A DNA stretch of 63,553 bases, counting the filler, from Octopus bimaculoides (lineage: Eukaryota), in assembly GCF_001194135.2 (NCBI RefSeq). It is 5 parts of 4 records of this genome, joined end to end, with 100 filler letters (N's around TTAATTAATTAA, not from the genome) between each part and the next. Parts side by side here need not be neighbours in the genome. Positions count along the whole stretch, not along the records: positions 50,311 to 63,553 come from NC_068991.1; 4 more parts are not named here. One strand, given 5' to 3'. The position numbers and the translations under genes were made by a program. The stretch's first letter is position 1, and every line of letters starts with the position of its first letter. The notes beneath the pieces were generated by a model that did not search any database, was not told where the DNA came from, and saw only the letters and a program-made list of their open reading frames with translations. Positions 60,725-63,553 of this stretch are shown piece after piece.

Positions 60725-61918
60725 NNNNNNNNNNNNNNNNNNNNNNNNNNNNNNNNNNNNNNNNNNNNNNNNNNNNNNNNNNNNNNNNNNNNNNNNNNNN
60801 NNNNNNNNNNNNNNNNNNNNNNNNNNNNNNNNNNNNNNNNNNNNNNNNNNNNNNNNNNNNNNNNNNNNNNNNNNNNNNNNNNNNNNNNNNNNNNNNNNNN
60901 NNNNNNNNNNNNNNNNNNNNNNNNNNNNNNNNNNNNNNNNNNNNNNNNNNNNNNNNNNNNNNNNNNNNNNNNNNNNNNNNNNNNNNNNNNNNNNNNNNNN
61001 NNNNNNNNNNNNNNNNNNNNNNNNNNNNNNNNNNNNNNNNNNNNNNNNNNNNNNNNNNNNNNNNNNNNNNNNNNNNNNNNNNNNNNNNNNNNNNNNNNNN
61101 NNNNNNNNNNNNNNNNNNNNNNNNNNNNNNNNNNNNNNNNNNNNNNNNNNNNNNNNNNNGATGATGATGATGATGATGATGATATATATGTTCGGTCTTA
61201 GTAGACACATTACATGTGATCTTCTTCTAGCACATTAACAGTCCACCTAGTGGTCTCCTAATGCCAGTGTTATAATGGTGGCAGCTGATGAAGGAAATGT
61301 TCTCTATGCGGCCTGTGTGTTTTCTGTACCTTGTTTATCATTTTGTCCATGTTTTTTTGCAACGTCATGTACCCAGATATCCATCTATATATACATGTAG
61401 ATGAAGGTATGTACATACATGTACATATATATGCATATACTCATATATTATTTGTATTATTTATATATATATATATATATGGGAGAGGCTGTGTGTGTCT
61501 CTGGGCCAATGGGTACTGAAGGTCGAATAATAAAATTTCACATGTGCAGCCTAACATGTGGAACAAAGTGGACAACCAGTGCATCCAATGCTGCTCATGG
61601 CAGGCATGCAGAGGCACGTTGACATGGAGCAGAATGAAACTGCCAGTATCTACTAAATTCAAGCAAGGCAGATGGATGTGTTAGCATCGAAGTTGAACAT
61701 TTTGTAACTAATGGGGACAGCAATTGTATATCACCTGAAAAAATATACAGCTGGATCTCATTATACAGGTAAACCGTTGCACAATTAAATTCCTGTATAT
61801 ATAAGGATTTATATTGTATGGAAACATGTGTAGTGATTAGAAAATAACTGTCTAACCATACTCCTTCTTCTCCTTCTTATTGACTCTATCTTATTCAATT
61901 ACATAACCAAATTCGATG

Positions 61919-62385
61919 ACTGGCACTCGTGCCAGTGGAGCACTAACTGAACCATCCGAATGGGATCATTGCCAGAGCAGCTGCCTGGCTTCTGCGCTGG
62001 TGGCACGTAAAAAGCACCATTTGAACATGATCGTTACTAGTGTCGCCTTACTGGCACTTGTGCCAGTGGCATGTGAACAAAACATTCGAGCGAGGTCGTT
62101 GCCAGTGCCACTGGACTGACTCCTGTGCAGGTAGCATGTAGAAAACACCATTTGAGCGTGGCCGTTGTCAGTACCATCTGACTGGCCCTCGTGCCGGTGG
62201 CATGTAAAAGCACCCACTACACTCTCGGAGTGGTTGGCATTAGGAAGGGCATCCAGCTGCAGAAACTCTGCCAGATCAGATTGGTGCCTGGTGCAGCCAT
62301 CTGGTTCGACAGTCCTCAATCAAATCATCCAACCCATGCTAGCATGGAAAGTGGACGATGATGATGATGACGATGATATCCTATA
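61919..62385 (+). mobile_element. Retroposon 3' region with five 65-66-bp internal tandem units and a LINE-like (GAT)n tail
   Basis: Units start at 61919, 61984, 62050, 62115 and 62181. The tail is GGTTGGCATTAGGAAGGGCATCCAGCTG...AACCCATGCTAGCATGGAAAGTGGACG(ATG)n. Confidence 0.75.
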
Positions 62386-62929
62386 TACAGAGTGAAAAGT
62401 CCTGTTGTGGTCATTTTTGCCCACTACATTACTTAAGTTTTGATATGCCCTAGTCAGTTGGTGATCCCTTGAGCCTGTATGAATTTGTTACATAATATAA
62501 TTCATACCTACCCCTGTAGGTATATATACATGTATATGGTTAGTATATTTGCAGACAAATATACTGTGATGTATAAATATCAAAAATAGTTTCCATTTCT
62601 GTGCAGAGCATAGTTTTGATCTACAACCTCCAGATTATGAGCCCAGCACACTTCCTTTGAGTCATTCTGTTCAATAAATGATTAAGCAAATATATAAGGT
62701 ATTATTTCTTATTTTGTCTATTCTGAGTTTCATTACTTCTATTACATCATCCATCATATGTTATTTATTTATTTCTATGCCTTGGACTCTTTCAAATGTA
62801 CAAAATATTGTAACAACACAATACATACTGCAGCACAGGGATGTTAATTTATTTATTGAAAGGCAATATTTCTCTTTGCCTCATTTGATAAACCGCATGA
62901 GTTTCAAATTTTTCTGGGTGTTTTTTCAT

Positions 62930-63200
62930 TTGCCATCTTCAGATCATTCACAACAGAGCAGACTGAAATGTGATTGCAGAATACTGGAAAGACATGTTTG
63001 ACTGGGCCAGACATATCACAAGATTTACAGACAACAGGTGAGCCTGTGAAATTACTGAGTGGCCTCCAGGAGACCAAAAACGTCCACTCGGAAAAGCTCG
63101 ACAGTGATGGGAAGATGACTTGATAACATGATTTGGGTCAAGATGGAAAAGAAAGGTGCAATAAAGAAAAAATTGGAAGTACATTGTGACCAGCAATATA
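62930..63200 (+). mobile_element. RTE-clade LINE 3' end, same family as 52960-53185
   Basis: DWARHITRFTDNR*...EWPPGDQKRPLGK. It shares TTTGGGTCAAGATGGAAAAGAA and AAGAAAAAATTGGAAG...ATTGTGACCAGC with the 53 kb copy. Confidence 0.8.
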
Positions 63201-63297
63201 AAACATCTGATAGTCTGGCTGATACAGCAGAATAGAAATGTAGAAATGTGGAAATGTGTGTGTGTGTGTGTGCACGCGCATGTGTGTGTGTTATGTA

Positions 63298-63553
63298 ATG
63301 TGAGTGGATTTTGTAGAAGGAAACTGAAAGAAGCCTGTCGTATGTATATATATATATATATATATATATACATACAACAGGCTTCTATATATATATATAT
63401 ACAACGGGTTTCTTTCAGTTTCCGTCTACCAAATCCACTCACAAGGCTTTGGTTGGCCTGAGGCTATAGTAGAAGACACTTGCCCAAGGTGCCACATGGT
63501 GGGACTGAACTCAGAACCATGTGGTTGGGAAGCAAGCTTCTTACCACATAGCG
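63298..63553. mobile_element. Two SINE family B 5' halves in inverted orientation around (TA)n
   Basis: A plus-strand fragment at 63299-63343 and a minus-strand copy at 63403-63553. Confidence 0.85.

Noticed and set aside
61919-62215. CRISPR-like regularly spaced palindromic repeats
   Set aside because: The inter-palindrome segments are homologous to each other rather than unique spacers, there are no cas genes, and the context is eukaryotic.

Overview
AT-rich eukaryotic genomic DNA from a draft assembly with 24 N-gaps and very dense microsatellites. The repeat content resembles octopus DNA; this is inferred from the SINE types and was not confirmed by a search. I cannot support any intact host protein-coding gene, tRNA, rRNA or CRISPR array, and nearly all listed ORFs are microsatellite or N-gap artefacts. 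The window is mostly decayed mobile elements. DNA transposons: a full-length decayed Tc1, a second Tc1 relic, three internally deleted or fold-back mariner/Tc derivatives, a MULE transposase relic, hAT and Tc-type MITEs, and Helitron-type ends. Retroelements: RTE, R4/Dong-type (RLE) and possibly CR1-type LINE fragments, plus more than 25 tRNA-derived SINE copies of about 4 modular families. The most unusual observations are minimal hammerhead-ribozyme-like motifs suggesting Penelope-like remnants, several fold-back elements, an RLE-LINE tail bracketed by an inverted copy of its own 3' end, and SINE module shuffling with a recurrent tail-to-head junction. I found no convincing new multi-gene system.
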